The position numbers were made by a program, and so were the translations under genes. 64,000 nt of DNA from an uncultured Nitrospinota bacterium (lineage in GTDB: Bacteria; Tectomicrobia; Entotheonellia; J063; CAVPRW01), in NCBI GenBank assembly GCA_963707985.1, contig CAVPRW010000008.1, forward strand, positions 136,211 to 200,210, written 5' to 3'. Shown piece by piece: positions 29,871 through 42,092 of the stretch (position 1 is its first letter; each line of letters begins with the position of its first letter). A model generated the notes under the pieces. The model made no database searches. It saw only the letters and a list, made by a program, of their open reading frames with translations, and was not told the DNA's origin.

Positions 29871-31466
29871 TCACTCGTGCTCCTCATGCATAGGGATGTC
29901 GTGGCCACCCCGTCGCGCCGCTGCCAATGCCGCAGTAACCAGACCGATGGCCATGCCGAACACCACCACCCCGCTCAGTTGCATCCAGCCACTGATTCCC
30001 ACCGGCTGGATGACCTCGCGCAGCTGCGCCACGAACAAGAACTCTCCACCAGGGGCAGATTGCATCCCTCTGAGGCCGGCGAGCGCCGCGAGCAGTGTTG
30101 CCCCGATAAGTACTCCGGCAATGGTGCCGAATAATCCACGCCACACCAGGGCTGTTGTAGAGAGGGGCGGCAACGCGATGGATTTTTCCATGGTGAAGAG
30201 AGGTTCCCGCACGCCTAACGGTGCAAAACGATGCAAGAGGAGCATCCCCGGCACACCCGCCACAATGGTGCTCCAGAAGAATAGCTTCCACCCCAGGGCA
30301 TCGACTAGGAAACCACTTATCGGGCCTGCCAGCAGGCGTGGCAGACCGAATAAACTGGAAAAGAGCGCATATTGCGTTGCTGAAAACCGCTTCTGCGTGA
30401 GGCGCAACAAAAGCACCGCAAAGGCCCCCGTTCCCATCCCCTGGGTCAAACTCTCAAATGCCATGGCGTTATACATCAAAGTGCGATTGAGACCGCTGTC
30501 TGCCAAGAGGATGTAGCCGACGTTGGAGAAGATCTGCAGAAAGCCAAAGACCCAGAGCGAGTGGCCAAGCCCCAAAAAAGTCGTCAACATGCCACCGATG
30601 AAGGTGCCGGTGAGGCTGGCGGCAAGTCCCACCGTCGCCAGTGCCACCCCACGATCGAAAGCGCTATATCCCAAATCGATCAGAAATGGGCGCAAAAGCG
30701 CCCCCGCGAGGTTATCGGCCAGTTTATAGCAGGCGACGAAGGCGAGGATTTCGAGGGCCCGGCTACGTTGGAACACCCCCAAAAATGGATACCAGATGGC
30801 GGCCCGCAGTGTCTTTGGTGCAGTGGGTCGATCTTCTACCTCAGGGGCTTTCCAGGTGATCAGCAGCATTGGGACATACAGCAGTGCCAGGCACAGATTC
30901 ACCAGCGGCCAAGAATACTGGGCCGCCAGCGTAATGCTCAGCCCCCCGGAGACATACATCGCGGCTCGATAGATCGCCGTCCGTGCCCCCACGGCGACAC
31001 CCTGCTCCTCCGGTCTCAGGATTTCGACGGCATAGGCGTCAATAGCGATATCTTGCGTGGCCGAGGCAAAGGCGATCGCCAAAGCCAGGGCGCCAACGAC
31101 CCAGGGGGTATCAGGGTGATCTCCGCACCCTATCAGCCATAGCGTGAGGGCGAACAAAGCCACCTGGGATACCGCTGCCCAACCCCGTCTCCGTCCAAGC
31201 CAAGGGAGGGTGTAGCGGTCAATGAATGGAGACCAGAGGATCTTGAACGTCCAGGGTGCCTGCGCCAGGGTCATCAGCCCCACGACACGGATGTCGACGC
31301 CGATGCTGCGCATCCAATCGGGAATGGCTATGAGGACGAGCCCAAAGGGGAGGCCGGATGAAAATGACAAGAGGGAAACCGCTGCGGTCCGCCAGGAGGT
31401 CATCGACTGGGCGATACCGCGGAGAGCTCCGGGATGATCGCTATTTGGGGATTTCAAGTCGGCCAC
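29871..31466 (-). CDS. ampG: AmpG-family muropeptide MFS permease
   Basis: FSSGLP, FKILWSPFID, GRRRGW, SATQDIAIDAY and SATQYAL. Confidence 0.88.
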   Translation of the reverse strand: MADLKSPNSDHPGALRGIAQSMTSWRTAAVSLLSFSSGLPFGLVLIAIPDWMRSIGVDIRVVGLMTLAQAPWTFKILWSPFIDRYTLPWLGRRRGWAAVSQVALFALTLWLIGCGDHPDTPWVVGALALAIAFASATQDIAIDAYAVEILRPEEQGVAVGARTAIYRAAMYVSGGLSITLAAQYSWPLVNLCLALLYVPMLLITWKAPEVEDRPTAPKTLRAAIWYPFLGVFQRSRALEILAFVACYKLADNLAGALLRPFLIDLGYSAFDRGVALATVGLAASLTGTFIGGMLTTFLGLGHSLWVFGFLQIFSNVGYILLADSGLNRTLMYNAMAFESLTQGMGTGAFAVLLLRLTQKRFSATQYALFSSLFGLPRLLAGPISGFLVDALGWKLFFWSTIVAGVPGMLLLHRFAPLGVREPLFTMEKSIALPPLSTTALVWRGLFGTIAGVLIGATLLAALAGLRGMQSAPGGEFLFVAQLREVIQPVGISGWMQLSGVVVFGMAIGLVTAALAAARRGGHDIPMHEEHE

Positions 31467-31510
31467 CGCGTTGCCAACATGCTAACGCTTGTCGATTCCC
31501 CCAAACAGTT

Positions 31511-31957
31511 TCACGATAACAGAAGGACGACATGTAGGAAAAGCAGCCCCGTATAGCCGCCAGCCAGGCCAAGAAGCCCTCGAGATGCCATGGGAAAACA
31601 GTGGTGGGCCACCAGAAACCATCCGCTGATGCCAGTGAGGGCCATTTTGAGTCCCACAAATGGCGTCTGCCCATAACTGAGGACAAAAGCCATGAAGGGG
31701 TTCGCTTCTTGTCCCCCACGCTGCAGAAACAGCAATGTACACAGGGCATCGAGAGCAGAGGCCCCGAGCACAAAGAAGAGCAAAACCACCGCACGTCGAG
31801 AAGGACAGTCGACGTAAGCAAAGCATGCATCGTCAGCTCGGCGGAACTCTTTGCGTCGCCCATGGACTCGCAAGGTACTCCAGAATGTTGTAGGACCTAG
31901 GCGACGGTCGAGCTGCCAACGTCGCTCGGCAATGACAACTCCCATTGGATGTTCCAT
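31511..31957 (-). CDS. DUF5658-like membrane protein
   Basis: LDALCT...GGQEANPFM...FVGLKM, with transmembrane helices. Confidence 0.65.
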   Translation of the reverse strand: MEHPMGVVIAERRWQLDRRLGPTTFWSTLRVHGRRKEFRRADDACFAYVDCPSRRAVVLLFFVLGASALDALCTLLFLQRGGQEANPFMAFVLSYGQTPFVGLKMALTGISGWFLVAHHCFPMASRGLLGLAGGYTGLLFLHVVLLLS

Positions 31958-32064
31958 GCTGTGCTACCCTTCTCTGCGCTGCTCACCGACTGCACTGCTG
32001 GCACGCCGTTTCGCCTTCCCCCTCGATAGGTGTAAAAATATCCTCACAGAAAAGCGGCAAATTG

Positions 32065-33159
32065 TCAACTCCCACCATGCACCTCGTCGTGAGACAGAGC
32101 CCTTGCGGCTGGGGATTCTCCCGAAAATCCCGCCCGAGGAGAGGACATACGCGGTGACAGCAGGACGTAGCTCAACAGCAGCCCGACGATTCCCGAAAGC
32201 ACGATCGAACCGGTCCAGACATGCACTGACCACTCAAGACCATGGGTCACGATCAGGGCCACATAATAGAGGGCATAGTACACCATCGGGACCGCGAGGG
32301 CGAACAATCGCAGTGATCCAGATCGTTCAATCGAAGGCTTCAACCAACGGATCAGGAGGTCTGCCCCCAAGCCGGCAAGAACAGCCCCCGGAATCAAGTG
32401 ATATTGATCGTGCATCAGGCTCATGAAAGCAGCATTGAGCCCGAACACCAGGGCGAGACTGCCGAGCGGCAGCGTCCAGCGTCGCACAGCGCAGAGCACC
32501 ACACCCATCATTAGACCCGTTTGCAGTAAGACGCCCGCGATCCCGAGCGACATCCGCAACAAAGTCAGGCCACGAGGACCGGGAGGGCGGTAGCCGGCTG
32601 CCGCCCAGGGATCTACCAATGGGTGGGCAAACTGGGTTAAAAAGCTCCATGCCGACCACATGAACGTCAGCGAGAGGAGTTGCGGGAGCAGGGCAATCCA
32701 CCCCGGATCGGGTGCATGCTGATCGCTGCCACGGCGCCATCCAGCGCGAAACGGTCCGCTGATGATCAACGTCATCCCGACGGCCAGGATCAAATGCGTC
32801 GGACTGAGCAGCGCCTCGACCCCCATTTCAATGCCGAAGATCTCGTGCCAGATCATATCTCCGACGCCGCCAGCCATAAAAATTAGCACACCCAGGAGTG
32901 CCAGCTCATAGCCGGGTGGCATGGCGTACCGCCAGGGGTAGCCCTGAGTGTGATGGCGCACCAATGTGGCGCCGAGGAAACCGGCGACGGCGAGAAACCC
33001 GGTATAAAAAACCGCATGCCAGGGCGTAAAAAAGCTCTCCAGCTCGGGGATATGATTATGCGCCCAGCCGTCTAACAACAGGCCTCCCACGAACCAGAAC
33101 GACAAGAGAACGACCGTCCAGTCGTAGCCGCGGCCAGTGCTAGCCTGTTGCTCTAACAT
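32065..33159 (-). CDS. Multi-pass membrane hypothetical protein
   Basis: About 9 hydrophobic segments with DGWAH, FFTPWH, DMIWH and LLSPTH motifs. Overlaps the HAD stop. Confidence 0.8.
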   Translation of the reverse strand: MLEQQASTGRGYDWTVVLLSFWFVGGLLLDGWAHNHIPELESFFTPWHAVFYTGFLAVAGFLGATLVRHHTQGYPWRYAMPPGYELALLGVLIFMAGGVGDMIWHEIFGIEMGVEALLSPTHLILAVGMTLIISGPFRAGWRRGSDQHAPDPGWIALLPQLLSLTFMWSAWSFLTQFAHPLVDPWAAAGYRPPGPRGLTLLRMSLGIAGVLLQTGLMMGVVLCAVRRWTLPLGSLALVFGLNAAFMSLMHDQYHLIPGAVLAGLGADLLIRWLKPSIERSGSLRLFALAVPMVYYALYYVALIVTHGLEWSVHVWTGSIVLSGIVGLLLSYVLLSPRMSSPRAGFSGESPAARALSHDEVHGGS

Positions 33160-33818
33160 AGCCAGTCAGCCAGTTCAGTCAGGGTGTGAAACTCACGATT
33201 GGCCCGACCACCATCGGAAGCCGGTTCATGCTTACGATTGATCCACGCCACAGGAACGCCCAGGCTGCGTGCTGGGATCACATCATGAAAGTAACTCTGC
33301 GCCGCGTGCAACCATCGCTTGTCCCCAAGGCGCAGGCGGGCTTCAGTGAAATGGCCGTGGGCGGGTTTGTACGAGCCCACCTGCTGGGCGGTCACGATCA
33401 GGTCGAAGGCGACCGTAAAATGGCGGCGGGTGCCGGCCAGTAGGTCGTCATCGATGTTTGACAGAATGCCCAGGCTGTACCCCGCCGCCGCGAGGCGCTC
33501 CAGGGCTGGGTTGGTGTCGGTAAATGCTGGCCAGCCGGGGAGGCTTTCGGCCAGAAATTGCGCGGGCTCGCGACTCAGGGACCATCCGAGGCGCTCGGCT
33601 ACGAGCTGCGCGGTCTCGGTCAAGACGTCACGATAGCAACGGTATGGTGCGGCTTCGACGCCAGGCTCTATCTCAGCGTAGGCTTTGAGCATCTGCGCTT
33701 TGTCGAGTTGCCGTGCCTCTGCCGCGGCGGCACTTGCGAAGGCGCTGCCGATTCCAGATTCCCAATCGATCAACGTACCGTAGCAATCGAAGGTAATAAT
33801 GTCATACAGGCGTGCCAT
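33153..33818 (-). CDS. HAD-superfamily hydrolase (haloacid dehalogenase type II-like)
   Basis: FDCYGTLIDWE, ILSNID, SYKP and HAAQSYFHD. Confidence 0.92.
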   Translation of the reverse strand: MARLYDIITFDCYGTLIDWESGIGSAFASAAAAEARQLDKAQMLKAYAEIEPGVEAAPYRCYRDVLTETAQLVAERLGWSLSREPAQFLAESLPGWPAFTDTNPALERLAAAGYSLGILSNIDDDLLAGTRRHFTVAFDLIVTAQQVGSYKPAHGHFTEARLRLGDKRWLHAAQSYFHDVIPARSLGVPVAWINRKHEPASDGGRANREFHTLTELADWLC

Positions 33819-33837
33819 GATCTCCTCCGTAGACCAT

Positions 33838-36800
33838 CTACATCGCCACCACTGTCGAATCCGCGGCGCGAAACTCAGCGAGCAATGTTTCCACCTGGCG
33901 ATGAAATTCGTCGACTGAGGTCAGCTTGATGTCTTCGTAGCCGCGGATCAGGTCGGGAAGCTCGGCAATCTGCACAGCAATGGGGTAATTGCCCTCATCG
34001 AGGTCAACGAGCAGCAATTCGATCAGCTGCCGGTATTCGCCGATCAACTGTCGCTCGACACGGCGGACCCTGGCATACCCAAAGATATTCAGCGGTGTTC
34101 TACGCAGGCTGCGCAGGGCCCGTAAGGCCTTCAGCATCGGCGCGAACCACATGCCAAGGCGGAGCTTGCGTTTGAGGCCGAGGGCTCGGAGCAGTGGCGG
34201 ATGCAGATTGAACGCCGGCTGTGCATCGTCGCCGAACTCGGCGCGTACCTGTTGGAAAAGCTCTTCTTTTAGCAGCAGTCGAGCGACCTCATACTCATCC
34301 TTATAGGCCATGAGTTTGAACAGATAGCGTGCGACCGCTTCGCTGAGTCGGGTCTGACCTGACACGCGGCTATCCTCGACAGCGACGACTTTCCTAATGA
34401 ATTCTACATACCGTCGAGCATAGGCCGAGCTTTGGTAGAGAATCAGCTCGGGGATGCGAATCTCCGCCAAACGCCGCACCTCGCCGGCAAAACCCGAGGA
34501 TTCTAGAAGCGCTCGTGCCGCCGCCACCGCCTCAGGTCTGCTCGACTCCAGCTCTATCAAGGGACTGGAAACTGCCTCGTTCGGTACTCCGATTTGTCGG
34601 AGCTGGCGTTCAACCGCCGCACCATCCTGCACGTACAGTCGTCCCCAGCGGAAGGCTTGCAGATTCATCTCCACGGCCACGCCATTGAGACGAATCGTCT
34701 CCTCGATCGATGCCGCCTCAAGCGGAATCGCCCCCGACTGGTATGCTGCCCCCACCACGATGAGATTGGACGCCATATAATCGCCGAAGAGTTGCTCGGC
34801 CAGGGCTTCGGCATCCAGATAGACATTGGCCTCGCGCTGGGTGCAACGCTCGACAGTCTGACGTAATCCAGACATCGCCGGGAAGAGCACGTGTTTGTTG
34901 CGCACCATATCTCCAGTGGGAATTTGACTGATGCTAATCACAGCTCGCGTGCGGTCCGGACTGGCTTTTTCGAGGTGAACCGGTTGAGTCGCCACCAGGA
35001 TGTCGAATCCCAAGTACAGATTGGCCTCTCCTGCTCCCACTTTATTGGACGTCAATATGGGCTTGTCGCCGAGCTTGAGGCTTGACACCACCGGGCCACC
35101 CTTTTGTGACAGCCCCGTTTGGTCGAAGGCTCGTACATGTTTGCCTTCTAGCATTCCTGCCGTCCCCAACAGCGTATTCACCGTCACCACGCCAGTGCCA
35201 CCGATACCAGCCATATAGATCGCATAGCCATCGGCAGACGAAACTTTGTGAAGGGGCTCCTGGAGGATCGAAGCGATCGCCGGCAGCACCGGTTTGGGGC
35301 GCTCCGTCACCCCATTGACGAGGTTGACGGTCACAAATGATGGGCAATCGCCGTTAAGACACGAGTAATCTTTGTTACACGAGGATTGGTGGATGTGGGT
35401 CTTGCGGCCGAACTCGGTGTCGACCGGTTGCACCGACAGACAGTTGGATTTGGCGCCGCAGTCACCGCAGCCCTCGCACACGGCCTCATTGATGATGACA
35501 CGCAAGGACGGCTCGGCGAGCTTGCCACGCTTGCGATGGCGTCGCTTCTCAGCGGCACACTGTTGATCATAGATCAGGACCGTGGTCCCAGGGATCTGCC
35601 GCAGGTCGCGCTGCGCCGCATCCAAGGCCTCGCGGTCCCGCACCTCAGCGTTGCCTGCCAGCTTGGCCTGCCGATACTTCGTGGGATCTTCCGCCACTAT
35701 GATAGTCCGGCGCACCCCTTCTGCTTCCAGCTTGCGGGTAAGCTCTGGAATCGGCAACGCGCCCGCGGCATCCTGCCCGCCAGTCATGGCCACCGCAGCA
35801 TTGTACAAAATTTTGTAGGTGATGTTGACGCCGGAGGCCACGGCGGCGCTGATCGCCATGCTGCCGGAGTGGAAGAACGTACCGTCGCCGATGTTCTGGA
35901 ACATGTGCGGCATCTCGGTGAACGGCGCCATGCCGATCCACTGCGCCCCTTCGCCCCCCATCTGGGTGATGCCATAGGTGTTGCGCTCCATGCCGAGCGC
36001 CATGGCGTGGCAGCCGATCCCAGCAGCCGCGATGGACCCCTCGGGGACGACGGTGGAACGATTGTGCGGGCAGCCACTGCAGAAATAGGCCGGCCGTGCC
36101 AGCGAGAGCTCGATGTCTCGGGTTTTCATGGCCGTGAGACGTGCCGCAGCAGCAGCAACGGAGTCGAGGCTGCTGTCGACGCAGCAGGCGGTTGGCGATG
36201 ACCTGAGCGACGCGATCGGCATCGATTTCGCCATGCATCGGCAGTAATGGCTGACCTTCCGCATCGAACTTACCCACGATCGTCGGGCGATCGGTCGCAG
36301 GATACAAGATGTCACGGGTGAAGAGCTCGATGAAGCTGCGTTTCTCCTCGACGATGAGGATCTCTTCGAGCCCACGGGCAAACTGCCGCACGATGCCCGG
36401 CTCCAGGGGATAAATCATCCCTAACTTGAGGATACGGATGCCGACGTGGCGGAGCATCTCATCATCCACACCCAGTTCGTGCAGGGCCTGGCGCACGTCA
36501 TAGTAGGTTTTGCCGGCAGTGACGATGCCAAACCAGGCGTCGGGCGTGGTGACAGTAATTTGGTTCACGGGATTGGCGGCGGCATACTGGCGTGCGGCTT
36601 CGAGCCGATGGTAGTAGATGCTACGCTCCATCTCCAGGCTGTGGGGAGCGAGCAGAGTAGGGTTGAGCCGATGGGAGAACGGCCTGTCGTCGACCTCGAA
36701 GCTTGGCAGGATGGGCTGAACGCGATCCGCTCCGACCTCGACCGTGCCTGATTCGTCGGCGACATTGGTCACCACTTTAAACGCCGTCCACAGGCCACAG

Positions 36801-37375
36801 TAGCGGGAGAGCGCAAAGCCGTGCAGGCCCAGATCGAGCAACTCTTGCACGTTTCCCGGGTACAGAATCGGAAAGTTGGCGTCGAAGAAGGCCACCTCAC
36901 TATAGTTAGGCAAGGTCGAGCTCTTACAAGGCGGATCATCCCCAGCCATGGCCAGCACGCCACCGTTCTTCCCGATGCCGGCGAAGTTCGCATGCTTGAA
37001 GGCATCGCCCGAGCGATCGACACCCGGCGCCTTGCCGTACCAGATCCCCAGCACGCCATCGTACTTGGCGCCGGGGAAAAGGCCGGCCATTTGGCTACCG
37101 AACACCGCTGTGGCCGCTAGATCTTCATTGACGCCGGAGACGAAATGAATGTGATACTCCTTAAGCAGGTCAGGCAGACGCTCCAGAGTTAGATCAAGGC
37201 CGCCGAGCGGAGAGCCGCGATAGCCGGTAATAAAGGTAGCTGTCCGCAGCCCTGCACGTCGATCGGCACGATGTTGGTCCATGGGCAGGCGGACGAGAGC
37301 CTGGATACCGCTGAGGTAGATTTGACCCTCTTCCTGCAAGTACTTATCCATCAATGAGAAAGCTGTCCTCCGCAC
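33838..37375 (-). CDS. Indolepyruvate ferredoxin oxidoreductase family protein (fused), frameshifted near 36165-36180
   Basis: The N-terminal ORF has SGIQALVRLP, GYRGSPLGG and NEDLAAT. The C-terminal ORF has FCSGCPHN, GDGTFFHSG, CEGCGDC, GIGGTGV and KLMAYKDEYEVARL. Confidence 0.9.
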
Positions 37376-38026
37376 TCATAGCCCCTCCATACCTCAGGAA
37401 ACCAGAGTATACCAACGGCGCTAGTTGATCGCAGTTGGCTGCCTAACCTGTTGTTGGGTACCGTCGAGCGGTCATGACAACGACTTCTGCCTCACACGCG
37501 GCTTCAACATGTGGACCAGATGCTCCATACGCTCACATGCCTTTGACTCGTTCAATTCTTCCAGAGGGAGTGTACCACGCCAGTTTCTTTCTAAGAGATC
37601 ACCGATACGGGCTGGCCCCTGGGGGCGCTCGAAAGTGTCGGGTACACCGTGCCGGAGATGATTCAGCCAATCGGTCAAGTAGCCCATCGTACGTAGTCGA
37701 CGGCTCTTCAGGGAGTGTCATATCAGTTCTCTCCCCTCACGGCAGCGGACTTCATAGCTGGAATCTCACGCTAACAATGGAGCCCGACTCCTTCTCCTGC
37801 AGTGTATCATGCCCAGCAGGAGCGAAAAACCGGAAAATTAAGTGTCCCACCACGTCTCCTCCTCAGCCTTTAACAATCCCACTACGAAAGTTAACCGCTC
37901 TCATCACGACGCTCTTGCTCCACGGCTTGTTCTATATATCAAGCGACAGATTCCGTGTGGAAGCTGACAAAGCAGTCATGGGAAATCGGCAGTGATATCG
38001 GCCAATACCGCTTATGGGGAAGGAGC

Positions 38027-38165
38027 ATGAGCGAGGTGAACTGGATCGATAACAGGAGCAGTCTGACACGTACCGGCGGTTTCCTCCGCACGGGATAGAC
38101 GCACACCATCAATTTTCAGATGGGCTGTGCCTGTGCCGGTGGGCGCTAGGGTCTTTGGCAACTTG
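38027..38165 (+). pseudogene. Possible radical SAM (SPL-like) N-terminal remnant
   Basis: MSEVNWIDNRSSLTRTGGFLRTG*THTINFQMGC, after an AAGGAG RBS. Confidence 0.3.
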
Positions 38166-38384
38166 CCTCTTGCTTGACCCAATGGCAGACTCGTGGTGAG
38201 GGGATGTTCTTGAGCCGGAGGACCGCCACTAGGCGCGCATGTCATTCATTGATGAATCAGCAGCATAGTCATGGTGCTCGGTCGTTGGATTTCATACCGA
38301 TGTGCGAAGCTGCCAAGATGGATGGGTGAGATCATGAGCAATATGGTGAGAGTCGACAACTTGAAAAACAAAAGGGGCTGCTAG

Positions 38385-38633
38385 ATGGCGAACTCCAAGC
38401 AATATGAAGAGCATATCCTCAGAGAACTTCAGGCATTACCCACAGAAGCCCTGCCAAAGGTGCTGCGCCTGATCACGCTCGTTCGGGAGGAAATCCTCAC
38501 ACAGGAGGTACATGCAGTACAACAGGAGCCTCCAGTGGAAGATACCAGGATTCTCTCGTTGGCAGGGGCCATCGGCTGGAAGAGCGGGCTTCCTGCCTGC
38601 TCGCCGGTGCGCACGAAACCATTCTTACGCTAA
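38385..38633 (+). CDS. Small antitoxin-like protein (probably truncated)
   Basis: ILRELQALPTEALPKVLRLI resembles DUF2281-type small proteins. Confidence 0.35.
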   Translation: MANSKQYEEHILRELQALPTEALPKVLRLITLVREEILTQEVHAVQQEPPVEDTRILSLAGAIGWKSGLPACSPVRTKPFLR

Positions 38634-39360
38634 CCGTGGGCTGAAGTGATACGGCGGCCAGGGGCCATCGATTTTCACCATATATTCGGGGCCCAACAGT
38701 GCAGCCATCTTGGTCACCGCTTCCTCGAAATCAGCGCGTTGCTGGTGCGCCACGTGAAAGGCGGCAGCGCTTAGCACATGAGCCTCGGTGGGGTCATCGA
38801 GGCGGCTTTCAGCGCTCGTCTGGCGCAGGCTTCTCAGTACCAATTGGCTCATGGCCTGGCGGCGTGCGTTCAGCCAGTCGTAGACGCGACCGCCGAGCTC
38901 GATCTGCTCCTGACGGCTCGGTGGACTGCCGCGCGATTGCAGCCAGCCTCGGAATCGACGCAGTTCCTCATCGCTCTCCACCAGATAGGCACTGAGGTTA
39001 TCGACCGCCCACGACACCTTGAGGCCGATCTCCCCCTTGGCATGCAGACGCTCCAGTTCAGCCTTCAGTGACTCATAATGCGCTTCTAGCAGACGCCGCA
39101 CTTGTACATCATCCTCGGCGATCTGCCCGAATTTTGCCGGAATAGTCGTATGCTGTGTACTGACGTGACGCAGCGTTTGATGAAAGGGGGCGAGGTTCCG
39201 ACGCAGAGGTTTGATGGACGTGGCGGGATGCGAGCTGACCACGGCGGCGATATCCTGGTGTCGTACGGTGTAGACGCGTTCTCCATCAAGCCCGATAGCG
39301 CCGAAGTCGTGCTCGCCGTCCGTAAGAATCACGCCATAACGGTGGCGATGATCGAGGCTA
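38625..39360 (-). CDS. GvpL/GvpF family gas vesicle accessory protein
   Basis: YGVI, GAIGLDG, H.....V..TTIPAKFG, EIGLKV, QIELG and GPWPPYHF. The start is unclear. Confidence 0.8.
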
Positions 39361-39750
39361 CAGACCAAATGGCTGATCAGGTGTCGAGGTGACGGACCTG
39401 GACTCCTGATCGCGGAGGTCGAAAGCGGCGAAGGTGTAGGGTGGCCATGGACCAGTGAAGAGGAACAGGACATGCCTATGGCCGTGCCGCCAATGCTCGT
39501 AGCGCTGCTTGAAGGGTTCCGCATACGGCTGTTGCACCAGGCAGTGAAGTGTGGTCAGCAGGCCGCTTTCGAGTGAGTGCTACTCCGTCTTGATCGCACT
39601 GAGATACGGGGAGGTCACCGCCTGGAAGGACTGGATGAGGGCATGCGCTTGAGTCTGGAGAGCATGGAATCGCTGAGGCTGCAGATGCTTCTGCGCTAGG
39701 TAGCGTGTCCCCTGTGGGGGCTGGGAAGGGTCTCGTGAAGCAAGGCCATT
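39359..39750 (-). pseudogene. Second GvpL/GvpF gene, C-terminal fragment with an in-frame stop
   Basis: Manual translation gives GTRYL...LHCLV...FTGPWPPYTF. Confidence 0.6.
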
Positions 39751-40369
39751 CTGAGGAATCTGCGTTGCATCAGTATTTTATCTTATTATATTTTTATCTA
39801 TAAAAAATAATATATAATTATCTTAAATGAGCTTCAAGAACGAGGTGTGGCAGGCTTTTGAGGATGTCCTCACTGGTCCTTCGGATTCGTACGGAGCCAC
39901 CATATCCTCCAAAAGCAATTACCGAGTGCTGGTACAGAGCAGCGTCTGTCGCAGCAACCAGCGCCACCACCTCTCGCCTCACCATGGTCGCTGCAGGTGT
40001 CATGGCAAGGCGAGTGCCCTTCTAGGCGAGCAGCATGACGGTCATCCGAACCTACGAGGCAATCGACCCCGCGCCGCGGCGAATGTTTGTTACTCGACTC
40101 TCCTCAGCCTGTCGTATATAATCGCCGCACGTCATCAGACTGTAGCCATGCTCCGAGAGGGAGGCTTTCCGGGGGAGATATTTCGTGCCATCTCCCGTGC
40201 GGAGGAGGCACACGGCACCAGGGGCAGCATCGTGTCCGAAAAACCTGTACCCCGTGAGTGGGGGTGAGGGAGTGCCATCAAGGTTCGCACGAGAGTCCGG
40301 TAGGGCTGTTTTGTCCCGGTCGTGGCGATTCTGACGAATCGCCTCACTCACGCGGAAGGAGGAGAGCGC

Positions 40370-42010
40370 ATGAAAGTGATCGATGCCATCGCTGAAATCA
40401 TGAAGCGAGAGGGCGTGCAATTCCTCAGTTGTTACCCGACGACGCCGATCATCGAAGCCTGCGCGAGTGTCGGCATCCGCCCCTATCTGTGCCGGCAAGA
40501 ACGCGTCGGAGCGGGTATTGCTGATGGTTATAGCCGTGTGACCAACGGCAAGCCACTCGGCGTATTCGCCATGCAATATGGGCCCGGCGCGGAGAACGCT
40601 TTTCCCGGAGTCGCCACGGCCTATTCCGATTCGACACCCATGCTGGTGCTGCCGCTCGGGCACCAGCGCGATCGCGCACAGATCTTCCCGCTCTTTAGCT
40701 CGGCACGTACCTACGCCTCGGTGACCAAATCGGTGGAGACGCTGAACCTGGCGCATGAAGTGTCGGAGGTGATGCGCCGAGCCTTTAGTCTCCTGAAGAT
40801 GGGACGTCCAGGACCGGTGATGGTGGAGATTCCCGCCGATGTAGCATTGGAGGAGGTCTCTGAAGCCGCCTTACAGTATACCCCGGTGAAGGCCAGCCGT
40901 CCGGCCGGCAACCCCCAGGAGGTCGCCGAGGCCGCGCGGGTGTTGCTGCAAGCCGGCCAGGCCGTGATCCATGCAGGACAGGGGGTGCTGTATGCCGAGG
41001 CCACCGACGAGCTTCTGGAGTTGGCGGAGTTGCTGCAGAGACCAGTGTTGACCACCATGGAGGGCAAAAGCGCCTTTCCTGAGAATCACCCGTTAGCCTT
41101 GGGCAGCGGCAGTGGGGTGATGAGCCGGCCGGTGGTCCACTTCCTGGGCCAGGCCGACGTGGTGTTGGCGGTGGGCACGAGCCTGACGAAGCATGGCATG
41201 GCGACGCCGATGCCCTCTGGAAAGACCTTCATCCACGTCACTAACGACGAACGTGATCTGAATAAGAACTTCAGCGCGCAGTACCCCATTCTCGGGGATG
41301 CCAAGCTGGTCCTGCGCCAGTTCATTGAGGCGGCCAAGGATCTGCTCGGTGGCAAGCGTCGCGATGCTGCGGTTGCCAGTGAGATTGCTCAGGTGCGCGA
41401 GGCATGGCTGAAGGAATGGATGCCGAAGCTGGCCTCGGATGAGGTGCCGCTCAATCCATACCGGGTGATGTGGGACTTCATGCAGACGGTGGACCCGAAA
41501 GATGCCATCGTCACCCACGATTCCGGCAGCCCACGTGATCAACTGATGCCGTTTTACCGCGCCACGGCACCACGCGGCTATCTGGGCTGGGGCAAGTCGC
41601 ATGCGCTGGGGACGGGGCTCGGGCTCATCATGGGGGCGAAACTCGCGGCACCCAACAAGTTCTGCGCCAACTTCATGGGCGATGCTGCGTTCGGGATGAC
41701 CGGCCTCGATTTCGAGACCGCCGTCCGTACTGGCATCCCCATCACGACCATCGTGCTGAACAACTCAGCCATGGCGATTGAGCGCCATGCTCTGGTGATT
41801 TCCCACGAGCGGTATCGCGCCCGTGACATCGGCGGCAACTATGCCGATATGGGCCGCGCCATGGGTGGCTATGCCGAGCGTGTGGAGAAGCCGGATGAAA
41901 TCGTGCCAGCGATCCAGCGGGCACGGCAGCATAACGAAGCCGGACGTGCCGTGCTGTTGGAGTTCATCACCAGCCAGGAAATCAACTTCTCGCACCGGCG
42001 GGCGTTTTGA
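40370..42010 (+). CDS. Thiamine pyrophosphate-requiring enzyme (acetolactate synthase-like)
   Basis: RQER, GPGAEN, GRPGPV and the TPP motif GDAAFGM...LNN. Strong RBS. Confidence 0.92.
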   Translation: MKVIDAIAEIMKREGVQFLSCYPTTPIIEACASVGIRPYLCRQERVGAGIADGYSRVTNGKPLGVFAMQYGPGAENAFPGVATAYSDSTPMLVLPLGHQRDRAQIFPLFSSARTYASVTKSVETLNLAHEVSEVMRRAFSLLKMGRPGPVMVEIPADVALEEVSEAALQYTPVKASRPAGNPQEVAEAARVLLQAGQAVIHAGQGVLYAEATDELLELAELLQRPVLTTMEGKSAFPENHPLALGSGSGVMSRPVVHFLGQADVVLAVGTSLTKHGMATPMPSGKTFIHVTNDERDLNKNFSAQYPILGDAKLVLRQFIEAAKDLLGGKRRDAAVASEIAQVREAWLKEWMPKLASDEVPLNPYRVMWDFMQTVDPKDAIVTHDSGSPRDQLMPFYRATAPRGYLGWGKSHALGTGLGLIMGAKLAAPNKFCANFMGDAAFGMTGLDFETAVRTGIPITTIVLNNSAMAIERHALVISHERYRARDIGGNYADMGRAMGGYAERVEKPDEIVPAIQRARQHNEAGRAVLLEFITSQEINFSHRRAF

Positions 42011-42092
42011 TGCAGCCAGGGAAGTGGGTCGGCCTCGCCCGGCCGTTGCTCTGCGGGATGCAGGTCGATCCGGGCGGTCAGGGGAGCCTTTT

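Noticed and set aside
11180..30000. attR direct repeat of the ssrA 3' end marking the far island boundary
   Set aside because: None found by eye. Only short chance matches (CGCCTCC) were seen, so the boundary is not claimed.
28875..30134. 419-aa plus-strand ORF
   Set aside because: It is a composite of antisense resolvase, frameshifted transposase and antisense ampG sequence.
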